Positions 37,586-49,692 are shown, counted from the first letter of the stretch. The stretch is DNA of 64,000 nucleotides from Flavobacteriales bacterium (GCA_031387085.1 JANNCY010000141.1:1265-65264); one strand, 5' to 3'. A program made the numbers and translations. Notes: generated by a model not told the origin, from the letters alone.

Positions 37586-40129
37586 TTACTTCGTTGGCTT
37601 TTCTGTTTTTTTAACTTTCACAGTTAATTCGTCAGAACCATCTTCGATATCCATAAAAATTTCATCACCAGAATGGATTTTAGAGGTGATGATTTCTTCT
37701 GCTAAAGTATCTTCAACATATTTCTGAATGGCTCTTTTTAGTGGACGCGCACCGAATTGTCTATCAAAACCTTTCTCGGCGATATACGCTTTTGCTTTGT
37801 CCGATAAGTTCAATTTGTATCCTAATTCCGCCACACGAGCGTATAACTTTTTCAATTCGATTTCGATAATCAAATCGATATCGTGTTTTTCCAAGGCATT
37901 GAAAACAATAACATCATCAATTCTATTTAAGAATTCAGGAGCAAAAGTTTTCTTAAGGGCATTTTCGATAATGCTTTTTGAATTGTCATCGGCTTGTGCT
38001 ACTTTAGCAGCAGTACCGAATCCAACACCTTGACCAAAATCTTTCAACTGACGTGCTCCAACATTGGAAGTCATGATGATGATAGTATTTTTAAAATCGA
38101 TCTTACGGCCCAAACTGTCCGTTAAATATCCATCATCTAAGACTTGTAATAACATATTAAAAACATCGGGATGTGCTTTTTCAATTTCGTCTAAAAGCAC
38201 GACGCAATAAGGTTTTCGTCTAACTTTTTCAGTCAATTGTCCACCTTCTTCATAACCTACATATCCTGGAGGCGCACCCACTAAACGGGAAATGGCAAAT
38301 TTCTCCATGTATTCACTCATGTCGATACGGATAAGTGCATCTTCCGAATCAAACAATTCTTTTGCCAATACTTTTGCCAATTGGGTTTTACCAACTCCGG
38401 TTTGTCCTAGGAAAATAAAGGAACCAATTGGACGATTCGGATCTTTCAATCCAGCGCGGTTTCGTTGGATAGAACGAGCGATTTTTAAAACAGCCTCGTT
38501 TTGTCCAACTACTTTATTTTGAATAAGTTCAGGTAGATTAGCTAATTTATTGCTTTCCGTTTGAGCGATACGATTTACAGGAATTCCGGTCATCATCGAA
38601 ACCACATCGGCAACGTTGTCTTCGGTGACTTGAATACGATTACTTTTAGAATCTTCTTCCCATTGTTCTTGTGCAATGGATAAGTCTTTTTCTAAACGTT
38701 TTTCATCATCGCGAAGTTTTGCCGCTTCTTCATATTTCTGTCTTTTTACAACTGAATTTTTTAGTTCACGAACTTCTTCCAATTGACGTTCTAAATCCAA
38801 AATCTGCTTCGGAACATCAATATTAGTTATATGAACTCGAGAACCTGCTTCGTCTAAAGCATCAATTGCTTTGTCTGGTAAAAAACGTTCCGACATATAG
38901 CGATTGGTTAGCTTTACACAAGCTTCAATAGCTTCATCAGTATACGTAACATTGTGATGATCTTCGTATTTATTTTTGATGTTATTTAAGATGATGATTG
39001 TTTCATCAACAGATGTTGGTTCAACAATTACCTTTTGAAAACGTCTTTCTAAAGCGCCGTCTTTTTCAATATATTGGCGATATTCATCTAGTGTAGTAGC
39101 TCCAATACATTGTATTTCGCCTCTAGCTAAAGCAGGCTTGAACATATTGGAGGCATCAAGTGAGCCTGTAGCGCCACCAGCTCCAACAATGGTATGAATT
39201 TCATCAATAAAAAGAATAATATCGTCGTTCTTTTCTAATTCATTCATTACGGCTTTCATTCGCTCTTCAAATTGTCCACGGTATTTTGTACCAGCAACTA
39301 AGCTGGCTAAATCCAGTGTAACAACTCGTTTGTTAAACAGAATTCTTGAAACTTTCTTTTGGATAATTCGCAAGGCTAAACCTTCCGCAATTGCAGATTT
39401 ACCCACCCCAGGTTCACCAATTAAAAGAGGATTGTTTTTCTTTCTTCGACTTAAAATTTGTGAAACCCTTTCAATTTCTTTTTCGCGACCAACAACAGGG
39501 TCTAGTTTTCCTTCTTCCGCCATTTCCGTTAAATCACGACCAAAATTATCTAAGACAGGTGTCTTTGATTTTTTATTGGATTTATTTGCTGGATTATTAA
39601 AGTTACCTTCTTTAGTGCTGTCATCTTGTCCTGAATCTTCATTAAAAGATTCGTTTTTTGGTAGATTTTCTAAAAAATCATCTTCGTTTGGTGTCATATT
39701 TAAATATTGGTCTTTGGCCAAATCATAATCAATTTTTAATTTATTGAGCAATTTGGTCGTTGGGTCATTTTCATTTCTCAAGATGCATAAAAGCAAATGA
39801 GCTGTACTTATTGAGGAACTTTGGAAAACTTTTGCTTCCAGAAAAGTAGTCTTTAGAGCTCTTTCTGCTTGACGCGTCAAGTGCAAATTTTTCTTATCGT
39901 TATTAGTATCAATGTTGGGATTGGCCGGACTTAATATTTCAACTTTCTTTCTCAAATGATCTAAATCAACCGAAAGATTGTTTAAAATAGTAATTGCCTT
40001 ACCATTTCCATCTCTTAAAATACCAAGCATAAGATGCTCTGTGCCAATAAAGTCATGTCCTAGTCGAAGGGCTTCTTCTTTACTGTAAGTGATTACATCT
40101 TTGACTCTTGGTGAAAAATTATCATCCAT
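37586..40129 (-). CDS. clpC: ATP-dependent Clp protease ATP-binding subunit ClpC
   Basis: Clp N-terminal repeats, two AAA+ modules ([16 protein letters not shown]) and a short UVR-type middle domain. Confidence 0.95.
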   Translation of the reverse strand: MDDNFSPRVKDVITYSKEEALRLGHDFIGTEHLMLGILRDGNGKAITILNNLSVDLDHLRKKVEILSPANPNIDTNNDKKNLHLTRQAERALKTTFLEAKVFQSSSISTAHLLLCILRNENDPTTKLLNKLKIDYDLAKDQYLNMTPNEDDFLENLPKNESFNEDSGQDDSTKEGNFNNPANKSNKKSKTPVLDNFGRDLTEMAEEGKLDPVVGREKEIERVSQILSRRKKNNPLLIGEPGVGKSAIAEGLALRIIQKKVSRILFNKRVVTLDLASLVAGTKYRGQFEERMKAVMNELEKNDDIILFIDEIHTIVGAGGATGSLDASNMFKPALARGEIQCIGATTLDEYRQYIEKDGALERRFQKVIVEPTSVDETIIILNNIKNKYEDHHNVTYTDEAIEACVKLTNRYMSERFLPDKAIDALDEAGSRVHITNIDVPKQILDLERQLEEVRELKNSVVKRQKYEEAAKLRDDEKRLEKDLSIAQEQWEEDSKSNRIQVTEDNVADVVSMMTGIPVNRIAQTESNKLANLPELIQNKVVGQNEAVLKIARSIQRNRAGLKDPNRPIGSFIFLGQTGVGKTQLAKVLAKELFDSEDALIRIDMSEYMEKFAISRLVGAPPGYVGYEEGGQLTEKVRRKPYCVVLLDEIEKAHPDVFNMLLQVLDDGYLTDSLGRKIDFKNTIIIMTSNVGARQLKDFGQGVGFGTAAKVAQADDNSKSIIENALKKTFAPEFLNRIDDVIVFNALEKHDIDLIIEIELKKLYARVAELGYKLNLSDKAKAYIAEKGFDRQFGARPLKRAIQKYVEDTLAEEIITSKIHSGDEIFMDIEDGSDELTVKVKKTEKPTK

Positions 40130-40390
40130 ATAATGTAGGTATTATGATTGTAAATTTAGTGAATTTCGTTCTCTAAACAAAAACTATTCCTTACTAAATG
40201 CGCTGTCAGTAAATTGACAAAAAAATAGTCATATAAAATAGTACTGCTTACTACTATTTATTAACCAAATAACAACACAAATTTGTTAATAAATCATTGA
40301 AATTACACTACAAAAATTCTTTTAAAAACAGCAAAAAGACGTATATTGCACGTTTTGAATTTAAACTAATATTTATAATAAATTAAGCAT

Positions 40391-42961
40391 ATGTCTGACG
40401 GAGAAAAGTTAATTCCAATTAACATTGAAGACGAAATGAAATCAGCATACATCGATTATTCGATGTCTGTTATTGTATCAAGAGCATTGCCTGACGTACG
40501 TGATGGTTTAAAACCGGTTCACAGAAGAGTACTTTACGGAATGTATGATTTAGGAGTTTTTTCGAATAAAGCACACAAGAAATCAGCGAGAATTGTTGGA
40601 GAAGTTTTAGGTAAGTACCATCCACACGGTGATACATCAGTTTATGATGCGATGGTTCGTATGGCACAAGAATGGAGTTTACGTTATCTTTTAATCGACG
40701 GCCAAGGAAATTTCGGATCTGTTGATGGCGATAGTCCAGCTGCCATGCGATACACAGAAGCCCGAATGAAAAAAATGTCGGAAGACATTATGGCAGATAT
40801 CGACAAAGAAACGGTTGATTTTAAATTAAACTTTGACGATACTTTATACGAGCCAACTGTAATGCCTACAAGGGTTCCGAATTTATTAATTAATGGAGCG
40901 TCTGGAATTGCAGTCGGAATGGCAACCAACATGGCACCACACAACATCACCGAAGTTATCGATGGAACGCTTGCCTATATCGATAATGAAGAAATAGAAA
41001 TCGACGAATTGATGAACCATATCAAAGCTCCCGATTTTCCAACAGGAGGTGTAATTTATGGTTATGAAGGTGTTCGTGAAGCATTCAAAACAGGTCGTGG
41101 ACGAATCGTGATGAGAGCTAAAGTTGGTTTTGAAGAAGTGGATGGAAGGGAATCAATTATTGTAACTGAAATTCCATACCAAGTCAATAAAGCTGAAATG
41201 ATCAAAAAAACAGCGGATTTGGTCAATGATAAAAAAATCGAAGGAATTGCTAATATCCGCGATGAATCGGATAGAAATGGAATGCGGATTGTTTATATCC
41301 TTAAACGTGATGCAGTTGCCAATGTCGTATTAAATACATTGTACAAATTCACACAATTACAATCTTCTTTTAGTGTTAATAATATTGCATTGGTAAAAGG
41401 AAGACCTCAGATGTTAAATCTGAAAGATTTGATTCACTATTTCGTTGAACACCGTCATGAAGTGGTGGTAAGAAGAGCACAATTTGATTTAAGGAAAGCC
41501 GAAGAAAGAGCTCACATTTTAGAAGGATTAATCATAGCTTCGGATAATATTGATGAAGTAATTAAATTAATTCGTGCCTCTAAAGATGGTGACGAAGCAA
41601 GAACGAAATTAATAGAACGATTTAATTTATCCGAAATGCAAGCGCGTGCCATTGTAGAAATGCGTTTGCGTCAGTTAACTGGACTTGAACAAGACAAATT
41701 ACGAGCAGAGTATGCTGAAATAATGAAGTTAATTCAATATTTGAAAGACTTATTGGCGAGTAAAGAAATGCGAATGCAAGTGATTAAAGATGAATTGGCT
41801 GAAATTAGAGATAAATACGGCGATGCCCGTCGTTCAACTATTGAATATGCTGGTGGAGATGTAAGTATTGAAGATTTAATTGCTGATGAGAATGTGGTAA
41901 TTACCATTTCTCATGCTGGATATATCAAACGTACTTCTTTATCGGAATATAAAACACAGAATAGAGGAGGGGTTGGACAAAAAAGTGCTGCAACTAGAGA
42001 TCAGGATTTCTTAGAGCATTTGTTTGTCGCCACCAATCACAATTATCTTTTAATATTTACACAAAAAGGAAAATGTTTCTGGATGCGTGTGTATGAAATT
42101 CCGGAAGGAAGTAAAACCAGTAAAGGAAGAGCACTTCAAAATCTTATTAATATCGAAAGTGACGATAAAGTAAAAGCGTTCATTTGTACTAAAGATTTAA
42201 AAGACGAAGATTACATCAAGAGTCACTATGTAATTATGGCGACCAAACAAGGTCAAGTAAAGAAAACCTCTTTAGAGAAATATTCACGTCCTAGAGTCAA
42301 TGGTGTTGCTGCTATTACCATTAAAGACGATGATGAATTATTAGAAGCCAAATTAACTAATGGTGAAAGTCAAGTGTTAATTGCTGTGAAGTCTGGTAAA
42401 CTAGTTCGTTTTGAAGAAGGAAAAACACGTCCGATGGGAAGAACTGCTTCTGGAGTGCGAGGAATTACTTTACAAGATGCTAACGACGAAGTTATCGGCA
42501 TGGTTTCTGTTAACGACATGGAAAGTGAAATTCTTGTTGTTGCTGAAAACGGTTACGGAAAACGTTCTTCAATTGATGAATACCGAATCACAAATCGTGG
42601 AGGTAAAGGAGTTAAAACGTTAAACATTACAGAAAAAACAGGAAAATTAATTTCCATCAATAGCGTTACAGATGCCGATGATTTAATGATTATCAACAAA
42701 TCGGGATTAACAATAAGAATGGAAGTTTCTGATTTGCGTGTTATGGGAAGAGCAACGCAAGGTGTTCGATTGATAAACATCAAAGAAAACGATTCGATTG
42801 CTGCTGTAACCAAAGTGATGAAAGAAGATGAAGTTGATGAAGTGGAATTGGATGAAAATGGTGATGTAATTGTTTATCAAATTGCGGATGATGCCGATGA
42901 AATAATTCTAGATTCAGAATCCGAAGACACCATTGAAAACGCTGAGGAAGAACAAGAATAA
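40391..42961 (+). CDS. gyrA: DNA gyrase subunit A
   Basis: HPHGD, AAMRYTE (catalytic Tyr), GyrA-box QNRGGVG and an acidic tail. Confidence 0.98.
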   Translation: MSDGEKLIPINIEDEMKSAYIDYSMSVIVSRALPDVRDGLKPVHRRVLYGMYDLGVFSNKAHKKSARIVGEVLGKYHPHGDTSVYDAMVRMAQEWSLRYLLIDGQGNFGSVDGDSPAAMRYTEARMKKMSEDIMADIDKETVDFKLNFDDTLYEPTVMPTRVPNLLINGASGIAVGMATNMAPHNITEVIDGTLAYIDNEEIEIDELMNHIKAPDFPTGGVIYGYEGVREAFKTGRGRIVMRAKVGFEEVDGRESIIVTEIPYQVNKAEMIKKTADLVNDKKIEGIANIRDESDRNGMRIVYILKRDAVANVVLNTLYKFTQLQSSFSVNNIALVKGRPQMLNLKDLIHYFVEHRHEVVVRRAQFDLRKAEERAHILEGLIIASDNIDEVIKLIRASKDGDEARTKLIERFNLSEMQARAIVEMRLRQLTGLEQDKLRAEYAEIMKLIQYLKDLLASKEMRMQVIKDELAEIRDKYGDARRSTIEYAGGDVSIEDLIADENVVITISHAGYIKRTSLSEYKTQNRGGVGQKSAATRDQDFLEHLFVATNHNYLLIFTQKGKCFWMRVYEIPEGSKTSKGRALQNLINIESDDKVKAFICTKDLKDEDYIKSHYVIMATKQGQVKKTSLEKYSRPRVNGVAAITIKDDDELLEAKLTNGESQVLIAVKSGKLVRFEEGKTRPMGRTASGVRGITLQDANDEVIGMVSVNDMESEILVVAENGYGKRSSIDEYRITNRGGKGVKTLNITEKTGKLISINSVTDADDLMIINKSGLTIRMEVSDLRVMGRATQGVRLINIKENDSIAAVTKVMKEDEVDEVELDENGDVIVYQIADDADEIILDSESEDTIENAEEEQE

Positions 42962-43063
42962 AAAATTAAATTAACCAACTATAAAAGCCATTTATCCTAA
43001 TAATTATTATTTAAGATACTATGGCTTTTTTATTTCAAATATTACAAATCAAATACAATTATT

Positions 43064-44380
43064 ATGAAAATTAATAAACTAATTATTGCCGGTGCTATAT
43101 TTATTTCTATCGCGTCGTATGCTCAAAAAGACGAGTTAAAAACATTAAAGAAAATTTATTCAAAAGAAACGCCATCTCCTGATGATGTGAAAGAATTTAA
43201 AGAGATTCTCGTAAAATTAGAACCTCTTGCAAAAGAAGAAGCAGACAAGGTATATCTAAATTATTATAAAGCAGTTTCACCTCAAATTGAAATGGCTTCG
43301 TTAGGAACAAATGTCGCTCCAAGTTTTGCTCAAATGCAAAAGTTTTTTTCACCTAAAGCAATTGCCGATATAACTTCTGGTTATCTAGCAACATTAGATT
43401 ACGAAGCAAAAACAGGAAAAAAAGTGTTTACCGATGATATTAACGAAGATATTCCTGTTATTAATAATGTCCTTGTAAATGTTGCTATTTCTCTTGGAAA
43501 AGCAAAAAAAGACAAAGAAGCATCGGATGTTTTATATTCTGCTTACCAATTAAATAAAAAAGATCAGGAAAAGTTGTTTTATGCTGCTAGTTACGCGGTT
43601 AACGGTAAAGACTTTGACAGCGCTTTAAAATATTATCAAGAGTTAAAAGCGTTGAATTATTCTGGTGAGGGAACTTTGTATTATGCTACAAATAAAACAG
43701 GTGGTGCTGAAGAATCGTTTGCCACAAAAAACCAAAGAGATATCTTTATTAAAGCAGGAACACATGAAAAACCACGAGAGGAAAAAATCAGTTCCAAAAG
43801 AGGGGAAATCTATAGAAATATTGCGCTTATTCTTGTAGACAAAGGCAGAACTGAAGAAGCAAAAACAGCCTACGCCGATGCAATAAAAGCCAATCCAAAT
43901 GATAACTCCTTATTAATTAATGAAGCCAATTTATATTTAACGTTAAAAGAATATGATACATATACACGATTAGTAAATGAAGCATTGGCTAAAGAACCGA
44001 ATAATCCGGTTTTGTATTTTAATTTAGGAGTCGTAAGTGGTGAATCGAATAAAGTTGATATTGCTGAAGGATATTATAAAAAAGCAATCGAAATTGACCC
44101 CAACTATTTTAATGCCTACCTAAATTTAGCAGAAATAAAAATGCGAAGCGACCAAAAATATGTCGATGAAATTAACAAATTAGGGACATCCGATAAAGAT
44201 TTAAAAAGATATGAAGTTTTAAAAATCGATAGAAACAAAAATTTCATGCTCATTTTACCAATTCTAGAAAAAGCTGTAGAACTTAAACCTGAAAATGAAG
44301 ACGCTAAAAAAACATTATTAAGTGTTTATCGTGCATTAGAAATGACCGACAAAGCGAAAGAGTTGAAAGCAAAAATGTAA
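43064..44380 (+). CDS. Secreted tetratricopeptide-repeat protein
   Basis: Signal peptide; TPR-like repeats (LYFNLGVV...AEGYYKKAIEIDPNYFNAYLNLA). Confidence 0.85.
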   Translation: MKINKLIIAGAIFISIASYAQKDELKTLKKIYSKETPSPDDVKEFKEILVKLEPLAKEEADKVYLNYYKAVSPQIEMASLGTNVAPSFAQMQKFFSPKAIADITSGYLATLDYEAKTGKKVFTDDINEDIPVINNVLVNVAISLGKAKKDKEASDVLYSAYQLNKKDQEKLFYAASYAVNGKDFDSALKYYQELKALNYSGEGTLYYATNKTGGAEESFATKNQRDIFIKAGTHEKPREEKISSKRGEIYRNIALILVDKGRTEEAKTAYADAIKANPNDNSLLINEANLYLTLKEYDTYTRLVNEALAKEPNNPVLYFNLGVVSGESNKVDIAEGYYKKAIEIDPNYFNAYLNLAEIKMRSDQKYVDEINKLGTSDKDLKRYEVLKIDRNKNFMLILPILEKAVELKPENEDAKKTLLSVYRALEMTDKAKELKAKM

Positions 44381-44394
44381 TCCAATTTCAAAAT

Positions 44395-44430
44395 AAAAAA
44401 ATGCTCACCTAAGAAGTGAGAATTTTTTTT
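44395..44430. terminator. Bidirectional terminator between the TPR and NlpC/P60 genes
   Basis: A run - CTCAC / GTGAG stem - T run. Confidence 0.6.
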
Positions 44431-45190
44431 ATATAATCTTTTTGATAACTCTCAATCGATGTGTATGTCTGTTTTGCTCAGCGTTATAGATTCCCAAATG
44501 ATCCAATCGATCAATTCGCACTTTACCACTTGCGTGGATGATGTAATTGTTTTCCAAAATAATTCCGACGTGAATAATTTTCCCTTCTTCATTGTCAAAA
44601 AAAGCCAAATCACCTGGTTCACTTTCTTCAATAAAACTCAATACTTCGCCTTGGCTCGACTGTTGTGAAGCATCGCGGAGCAATTTATAACCATTTAATT
44701 TGTAAACCATCTGCGTAAATCCAGAGCAATCAATTCCAAATGGCGTTTTCCCACCCCATAAATAAGGTGAATTCAAATACAAAAAGGAAGTTGTTACAAT
44801 GTCTTTTTTAGATTTTACACCACTCACTCTCAAACCTTCAAAATCATAATTTTCACTGTTGATATCACTGTGATGTAAAAAAGACAACGACGCACCAATA
44901 GTAATCGGAAGCAACGCATTGTTGGGAGCAATAATGTATTCTACTAAATCCGAATTCAGAATTACCGCTTCTTTCGATAAGGTGTAAAAATTTTCTTCCG
45001 AAATCGATTGGAATTGTTTGCTGTCTATCCAACCTTCATATTCGTCATATTGTAATTTAATCTTCGTCCATTGTTTAGCGGTTTCTACAATCTCGAAATG
45101 TTCACCAAACAACACTTGAGAAACGATTTCGCTTCTGTCATTCGGTTCTAAACGCAAAGGAATTATAGATAAATTACAAATACCAAACAT
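44429..45190 (-). CDS. NlpC/P60 (C40) peptidase with an N-terminal SH3-like domain
   Basis: SEIVSQVLFGE, PYLWGG, DCSG, HVGI and IHAS motifs. Confidence 0.92.
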   Translation of the reverse strand: MFGICNLSIIPLRLEPNDRSEIVSQVLFGEHFEIVETAKQWTKIKLQYDEYEGWIDSKQFQSISEENFYTLSKEAVILNSDLVEYIIAPNNALLPITIGASLSFLHHSDINSENYDFEGLRVSGVKSKKDIVTTSFLYLNSPYLWGGKTPFGIDCSGFTQMVYKLNGYKLLRDASQQSSQGEVLSFIEESEPGDLAFFDNEEGKIIHVGIILENNYIIHASGKVRIDRLDHLGIYNAEQNRHTHRLRVIKKII

Positions 45191-45193
45191 TCA

Positions 45194-45262
45194 AATTGAA
45201 TTGATAATTGATAATTGATAATTTTATTAATTATTAATTGTCAATTGTTAATTATTAATTAT
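45194..45262. repeat. Inverted heptamer array (AATTGAT)n ... (ATTAATT/GTCAATT)n
   Basis: Three exact AATTGAT units at 45199-45219 and five inverted-type units at 45226-45260. Confidence 0.75.
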
Positions 45263-46441
45263 TTACGCTTTTTCAATCACTATTGCCGAAGCACCACCTC
45301 CACCATTACATATTGCTGCAGCACCAATTTTTGCATTGTTCTGATGTAATATATTAATCAAAGTCACTACGATTCTCGCACCCGAACATCCAAGAGGATG
45401 ACCTAATGAAACCGCACCACCATTAACATTTACTTTCGCACTATCTATTCCTAAAATTTTGGCATTGGCCAAGCCAACCACTGAAAAAGCTTCGTTGAAC
45501 TCAAAATAATCAACATCAGACAGCGATAAACCAGCTTTAGTTAATGCTTTTGGCAATGCTTTCGCCGGAGCAGTCGTAAACCATTTTGGTTCTTGTGCTG
45601 CATCAGCGTATGATTTAATATAAGCCAAGGGTTTCAATCCCATTGCAATGGCTTTTTCTTCACTCATTAATATTACCGCAGCAGCACCATCATTTATAGT
45701 TGACGCATTAGCAGCGGTAACGGTTCCATCTTTTGTGAAAGCGGGATTTAAACTCGGAATTCTATCCAACTTTACATTACTGTATTCTTCGTCTTTAGTG
45801 ACCATAATCGGGTCACCTTTTCGTTGTGGAACGGCAACCGGAACTATTTCCGCATCAAACTTCCCTGCATCCCAAGCTTTAGCAGAACGCTCATACGATT
45901 GAATTGCGAAAGCATCTTGTTCTTCACGCGATATTTTATATTCCGATGCACATAAATCAGCAGAAACACCCATAGCATTGTTGTCGTAAGCATCCACTAA
46001 TCCATCTTTTTGCATTCCGTCTTGCATCGATGTTGGTCCAAATTTAACACCATTTCGTAAATGAACGTAATGTGGAATTAAACTCATGTTTTCCATACCA
46101 CCAGCGACGACAATTTCGGCATCACCATTCATAATAGCTTGAGCTCCAAACATAATCGATTTCATTCCAGAGGCACACACTTTATTGACAGTAGTACAGA
46201 CAACATCATTTGATAAACCAGCATAAAGTGCTGCTTGCCTTGCGGGTGCTTGACCTACACCAGCTTGAACTACATTCCCCATGAATACTTCATCTACCAA
46301 TTTAGGATCTAAATTAATTTTATCTAAAGCTCCTTTTATAGCTGCAGCACCAAGTTGTGAAGCAGGAACAGTTGATAATGATCCCATAAAACTTCCGATT
46401 GGAGTTCGTACAGCAGAAACTATAACTACCTTTTTGTTCAT
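45263..46441 (-). CDS. Acetyl-CoA C-acyltransferase (thiolase)
   Basis: NKVCASG, NEAF, GHPLGCSG and CNGGGG motifs; TAAATTTG promoter at 46477-46470. Confidence 0.95.
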   Translation of the reverse strand: MNKKVVIVSAVRTPIGSFMGSLSTVPASQLGAAAIKGALDKINLDPKLVDEVFMGNVVQAGVGQAPARQAALYAGLSNDVVCTTVNKVCASGMKSIMFGAQAIMNGDAEIVVAGGMENMSLIPHYVHLRNGVKFGPTSMQDGMQKDGLVDAYDNNAMGVSADLCASEYKISREEQDAFAIQSYERSAKAWDAGKFDAEIVPVAVPQRKGDPIMVTKDEEYSNVKLDRIPSLNPAFTKDGTVTAANASTINDGAAAVILMSEEKAIAMGLKPLAYIKSYADAAQEPKWFTTAPAKALPKALTKAGLSLSDVDYFEFNEAFSVVGLANAKILGIDSAKVNVNGGAVSLGHPLGCSGARIVVTLINILHQNNAKIGAAAICNGGGGASAIVIEKA

Positions 46442-46546
46442 TTCAAATATTTGTTAAATTATTCGGTTGCAAATTTAGTATTTTTTCAGCAAATTTGGTT
46501 TTTCGGATCATCTTTATTTGTATATCATACAAAAAGCATTTAAAAC

Positions 46547-46579
46547 AAAAAAACCTTCTTTTTCAAGAAGGTTTTTTTT
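46547..46579 (-). terminator. Terminator of the tRNA operon
   Basis: AAAAAAACCTTCTT-tttc-AAGAAGGTTTTTTTT. Confidence 0.85.
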
Positions 46580-46598
46580 AAATTGCAGAATTCATTCG

Positions 46599-46672
<74 letters not shown>

Positions 46673-46705
46673 ATTTTTGTTTTAAAACTTAATGGAAAGT
46701 TTATT

Positions 46706-46719
46706 GGGGTGGCAGGATT
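46706..46719 (-). repeat. 14-bp duplicate of the tRNA-Pro 3' end
   Basis: GGGGTGGCAGGATT is identical at 46706-46719 and 46836-46849. Confidence 0.8.
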
Positions 46720-46833
46720 ATTTCATGATCCTGTTAAGGTTTGTTGTAAATTAAAGCAAAGCTTCAATTTAAATAAACCTTTACGTTTTTTTATGAAAAT
46801 GAATTTTCTAAAAAACCTCCACGCTTTATTTTG

Positions 46834-46908
46834 TCGGGGTGGCAGGATTCGAACCTGCGGCCTCCTGCTCCCAAAGCAGGCGCGATAACCGGGCTACGCT
46901 ACACCCCG
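46834..46908 (-). tRNA. tRNA-Pro(TGG)
   Basis: CGGGGTGTAGCGTAGCCCGGTTATCGCGCCTGCTTTGGGAGCAGGAGGCCGCAGGTTCGAATCCTGCCACCCCGA. Confidence 0.97.
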
Positions 46909-46921
46909 AAGACAAAAAAAG

Positions 46922-47008
46922 CGGAGAGTAAGGGATTCGAACCCTTGGTACAGTTTCCCATACGCATGTTTAGCAAACATGTCCTTTCGGCCACTCAGGC
47001 AACTCTCC
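46922..47008 (-). tRNA. tRNA-Ser(GCT)
   Basis: GGAGAGTTGCCTGAGTGGCCGAAAGGACATGTTTGCTAAACATG... with a long variable arm and GTTCGAATC; promoter TACATTTG at 47059-47052. Confidence 0.97.
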
Positions 47009-47250
47009 AAATTCAATATATAATATAAGAACTTTTCTCTTTAAGCGGTTGCAAATGTAATGTTTGATTATAATATTTACAACTATTTAGTTTGTTTTTT
47101 TTAAGTATCACAATCAAATAAAAAGAATGACTTAGTAATCAAATATATACAGTTATTTCTAAATTTTATTTTTGTTCACAATTGGAAAAGTTCTGCTTAC
47201 TGTCTTACAAAAATCCTTTTTATTTCTTATATTGTCCTAAATTTACAACA

Positions 47251-47937
47251 ATGAAAAAATACACATTCCTCACTTCGCTTTTTTTTCTTTTAGTTCTTAT
47301 TAGTTGTAAAGCAACAGATCCTTCCAAAAGGAAAGAGGCGTTAAAAAGCAACTATTTAAAAGGTAATTCGATTGCCTTGGAAAATGTAAACGACACCACA
47401 TTCGTTAACTTAAAAAGTGCCAGTAAGGATTTCATCGTAGATATGAAGTATGCTACAAACGATAATTTCATGAAACAAGTGGTGTATGATTGTGATGAAT
47501 GTTACTTGCGATATAAAACGATAAAACAATTAATGGAAGCCAATGCCGATTTTTTAAAATTGGGTTACCGTATAAAAATATTTGATTGTTATCGACCTTT
47601 AGATATCCAAAAAAAAATGTGGGAAATAGTTCCCAATGCCGATTATGTAGCCGATCCCAAAAGAGGTTCCGTACACAATAGAGGAGGAGCAATCGACATT
47701 ACTTTAGTGGATAAAGACGGTAAAGAACTCGATATGGGAACAGCATTTGATTTTTTCGGAGTAGAAGCAAGGCATGATTACCAAAATCTTTCGGACGATG
47801 TAAAGAAAAACAGAGCGCTTTTAAAAGAAACGATGCTCAAACACAACTTCAAATCTTTTGATTCCGAATGGTGGCATTATAATTTAACAGCCGGATTGTA
47901 CGATAAAATTGCCAATTTTAAATGGGAATGTAATTAA
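47251..47937 (+). CDS. D-alanyl-D-alanine dipeptidase (M15D, VanX/DdpX-like) lipoprotein
   Basis: Lipobox LISC; IFDCYRP, SVHNRGGAIDIT, DMGTAFD and EWWHY motifs. ATG 47251 is preferred. Confidence 0.92.
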   Translation: MKKYTFLTSLFFLLVLISCKATDPSKRKEALKSNYLKGNSIALENVNDTTFVNLKSASKDFIVDMKYATNDNFMKQVVYDCDECYLRYKTIKQLMEANADFLKLGYRIKIFDCYRPLDIQKKMWEIVPNADYVADPKRGSVHNRGGAIDITLVDKDGKELDMGTAFDFFGVEARHDYQNLSDDVKKNRALLKETMLKHNFKSFDSEWWHYNLTAGLYDKIANFKWECN

Positions 47938-48500
47938 TCAATGATGCATTTCAAATAGTTTACAAAATAGGCATCAGGATGGTACGTTTGGTTGTCGATT
48001 TCTGAAATCAAATCATTCTTGATAATATAATCCACTGTATCGGTTGTATACTTAATCCGCATCAAAACTATTGGCGAGTTTTGTAACGATTCTAAAGTAT
48101 CTTTCATAAAAAGAAAATATCCCAATAAAATTCGGTTATTTACATTCGCATTTTTAATAGCTTCCCCACATGTTTCACTGTCAATTGCAACTAGTGTGAT
48201 TATTTTATTGTCACTTAACTGTAGAAATACTTTTGAAGTTTTATCAAAACATTTTGCCGGAATAAAATCATTACTTTTCTGAATTAGTTGCACTTTTAAA
48301 GAAGGCAATCCATCGGCATTTACCAATGAAAAAAATACTGTAGCTTGTGTATTGCCAAAGGTTCTTTCATGCATTATATATTCTTTCGTCGCTTTATAGG
48401 TCCCCAAACTATCGCTAACGTTGGTGTTGTATTCGCAATTTTTCTGAGCAAAACTCAAGCAACATTGTAAGCAAAAAATTAGTACAATTATCTTTTTCAT
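47934..48500 (-). CDS. Secreted hypothetical protein
   Basis: Signal peptide ending SFAQ; no motif recognised. Confidence 0.75.
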   Translation of the reverse strand: MKKIIVLIFCLQCCLSFAQKNCEYNTNVSDSLGTYKATKEYIMHERTFGNTQATVFFSLVNADGLPSLKVQLIQKSNDFIPAKCFDKTSKVFLQLSDNKIITLVAIDSETCGEAIKNANVNNRILLGYFLFMKDTLESLQNSPIVLMRIKYTTDTVDYIIKNDLISEIDNQTYHPDAYFVNYLKCIID

Positions 48501-49684
48501 TTACTATTTATTTTAGTGCAAAGTAATACAATTTTACTGTCATTAATGGTAGTTGTGAAAAAACTGTATTGATTTCCACCTTCTTTAATATTCCATTTTT
48601 TTCTGATGTTTTCTACCGTTTCCGGAAAATTTCTGGTAGTAATATTCGATTTTTCGTTTTTGAAATTACTTTTCATAGTGCCATTTGAATATTCGAATTG
48701 CGAATTAATTTCGAAGATTCTTCCTGGAAAATCCACCAATTGATCTGAAGTATACAAATGCGAATGAAGATGCAGTTTTTTTAAAGAAAATGCCTTTCCG
48801 ATTTCAGAAAATCCACCCGATTTCATAATGGCACTATTGGGTTCGTAAAGGTATTTTTTGGGTAAGCTATAATCAGAAATTACGTTGGCGTTGTATTCAA
48901 ATTCGAAAGTTTCCGTTTTATTTTTATTGAAATTAACCGTTTTGATCGTAATCGAATTTTCATAGTGATTTTCAATTTCCCAAAGCAATTCCTTAACTTC
49001 ATTCTCAACAGCAATTAGATGAATTGTTTTTACAAATTGTAATTCGCTTAAACCAGCGGTAATATCTAATATCGGAGCTGTTTTTATCAAAATGTTATTG
49101 GAATATTTAAAATAGGTTTCCAATAATTCGGGCACATTTGGCAAACAATCTTTAAGCATAAATACTTTGCCTTTTGAATCATTCCGCCGCGACGGATCAA
49201 TATACATCCAGTCGAATTTTTCGTTTAGTTTTTTTAAAACCTCCAAACTGTCTTCGGCAAAACATTTCAGATTTGTGGTACCAAACGAATTAAAATTATG
49301 AGCCACTATTTCAGATAGTTCGGCATTGATTTCACAATGATAAACCGATTTCATTTTTTTTGAAAAATAGTAATCATCCACACCAAAACCTCCTGTTAAA
49401 TCAATTAATGATTCACCGTTGACTAATGTTGCTTTGTATTGTGCTGTAATTTCTGAAGAAGTTTGTTCTAATGAAATTTTACTAGGATAAATAATATTTG
49501 AAGTAGTAAACCAAGTGGGTAATTTGTCTTTACTTTTTGTGCGGAGTTCAATCTGATTTAAAATAATTTTAAAATCAATAGAAGGAAATGGATTTTTTTG
49601 AAATGCCAATTTTGAAATATCCGAACCCGTTTTTTCAATAATATAATTTTGAATTAGTGGTTGAAGAAGTTCAGAAATAGACAT
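48497..49684 (-). CDS. Class I SAM-dependent methyltransferase with a THUMP-like C-terminal region
   Basis: LEQTSS, LIDLTGGFGVD (motif I), YIDPSRR and YLYEPNSAIMKSG motifs. Confidence 0.85.
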   Translation of the reverse strand: MSISELLQPLIQNYIIEKTGSDISKLAFQKNPFPSIDFKIILNQIELRTKSKDKLPTWFTTSNIIYPSKISLEQTSSEITAQYKATLVNGESLIDLTGGFGVDDYYFSKKMKSVYHCEINAELSEIVAHNFNSFGTTNLKCFAEDSLEVLKKLNEKFDWMYIDPSRRNDSKGKVFMLKDCLPNVPELLETYFKYSNNILIKTAPILDITAGLSELQFVKTIHLIAVENEVKELLWEIENHYENSITIKTVNFNKNKTETFEFEYNANVISDYSLPKKYLYEPNSAIMKSGGFSEIGKAFSLKKLHLHSHLYTSDQLVDFPGRIFEINSQFEYSNGTMKSNFKNEKSNITTRNFPETVENIRKKWNIKEGGNQYSFFTTTINDSKIVLLCTKINSK

Positions 49685-49692
49685 TTTAAAAA

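Noticed and set aside
37728-39728. Many 60-130 aa track ORFs antisense to conserved genes such as clpC, thrA, gyrA and gap
   Set aside because: No motifs, promoters or independent codon signal; explained as shadow ORFs.
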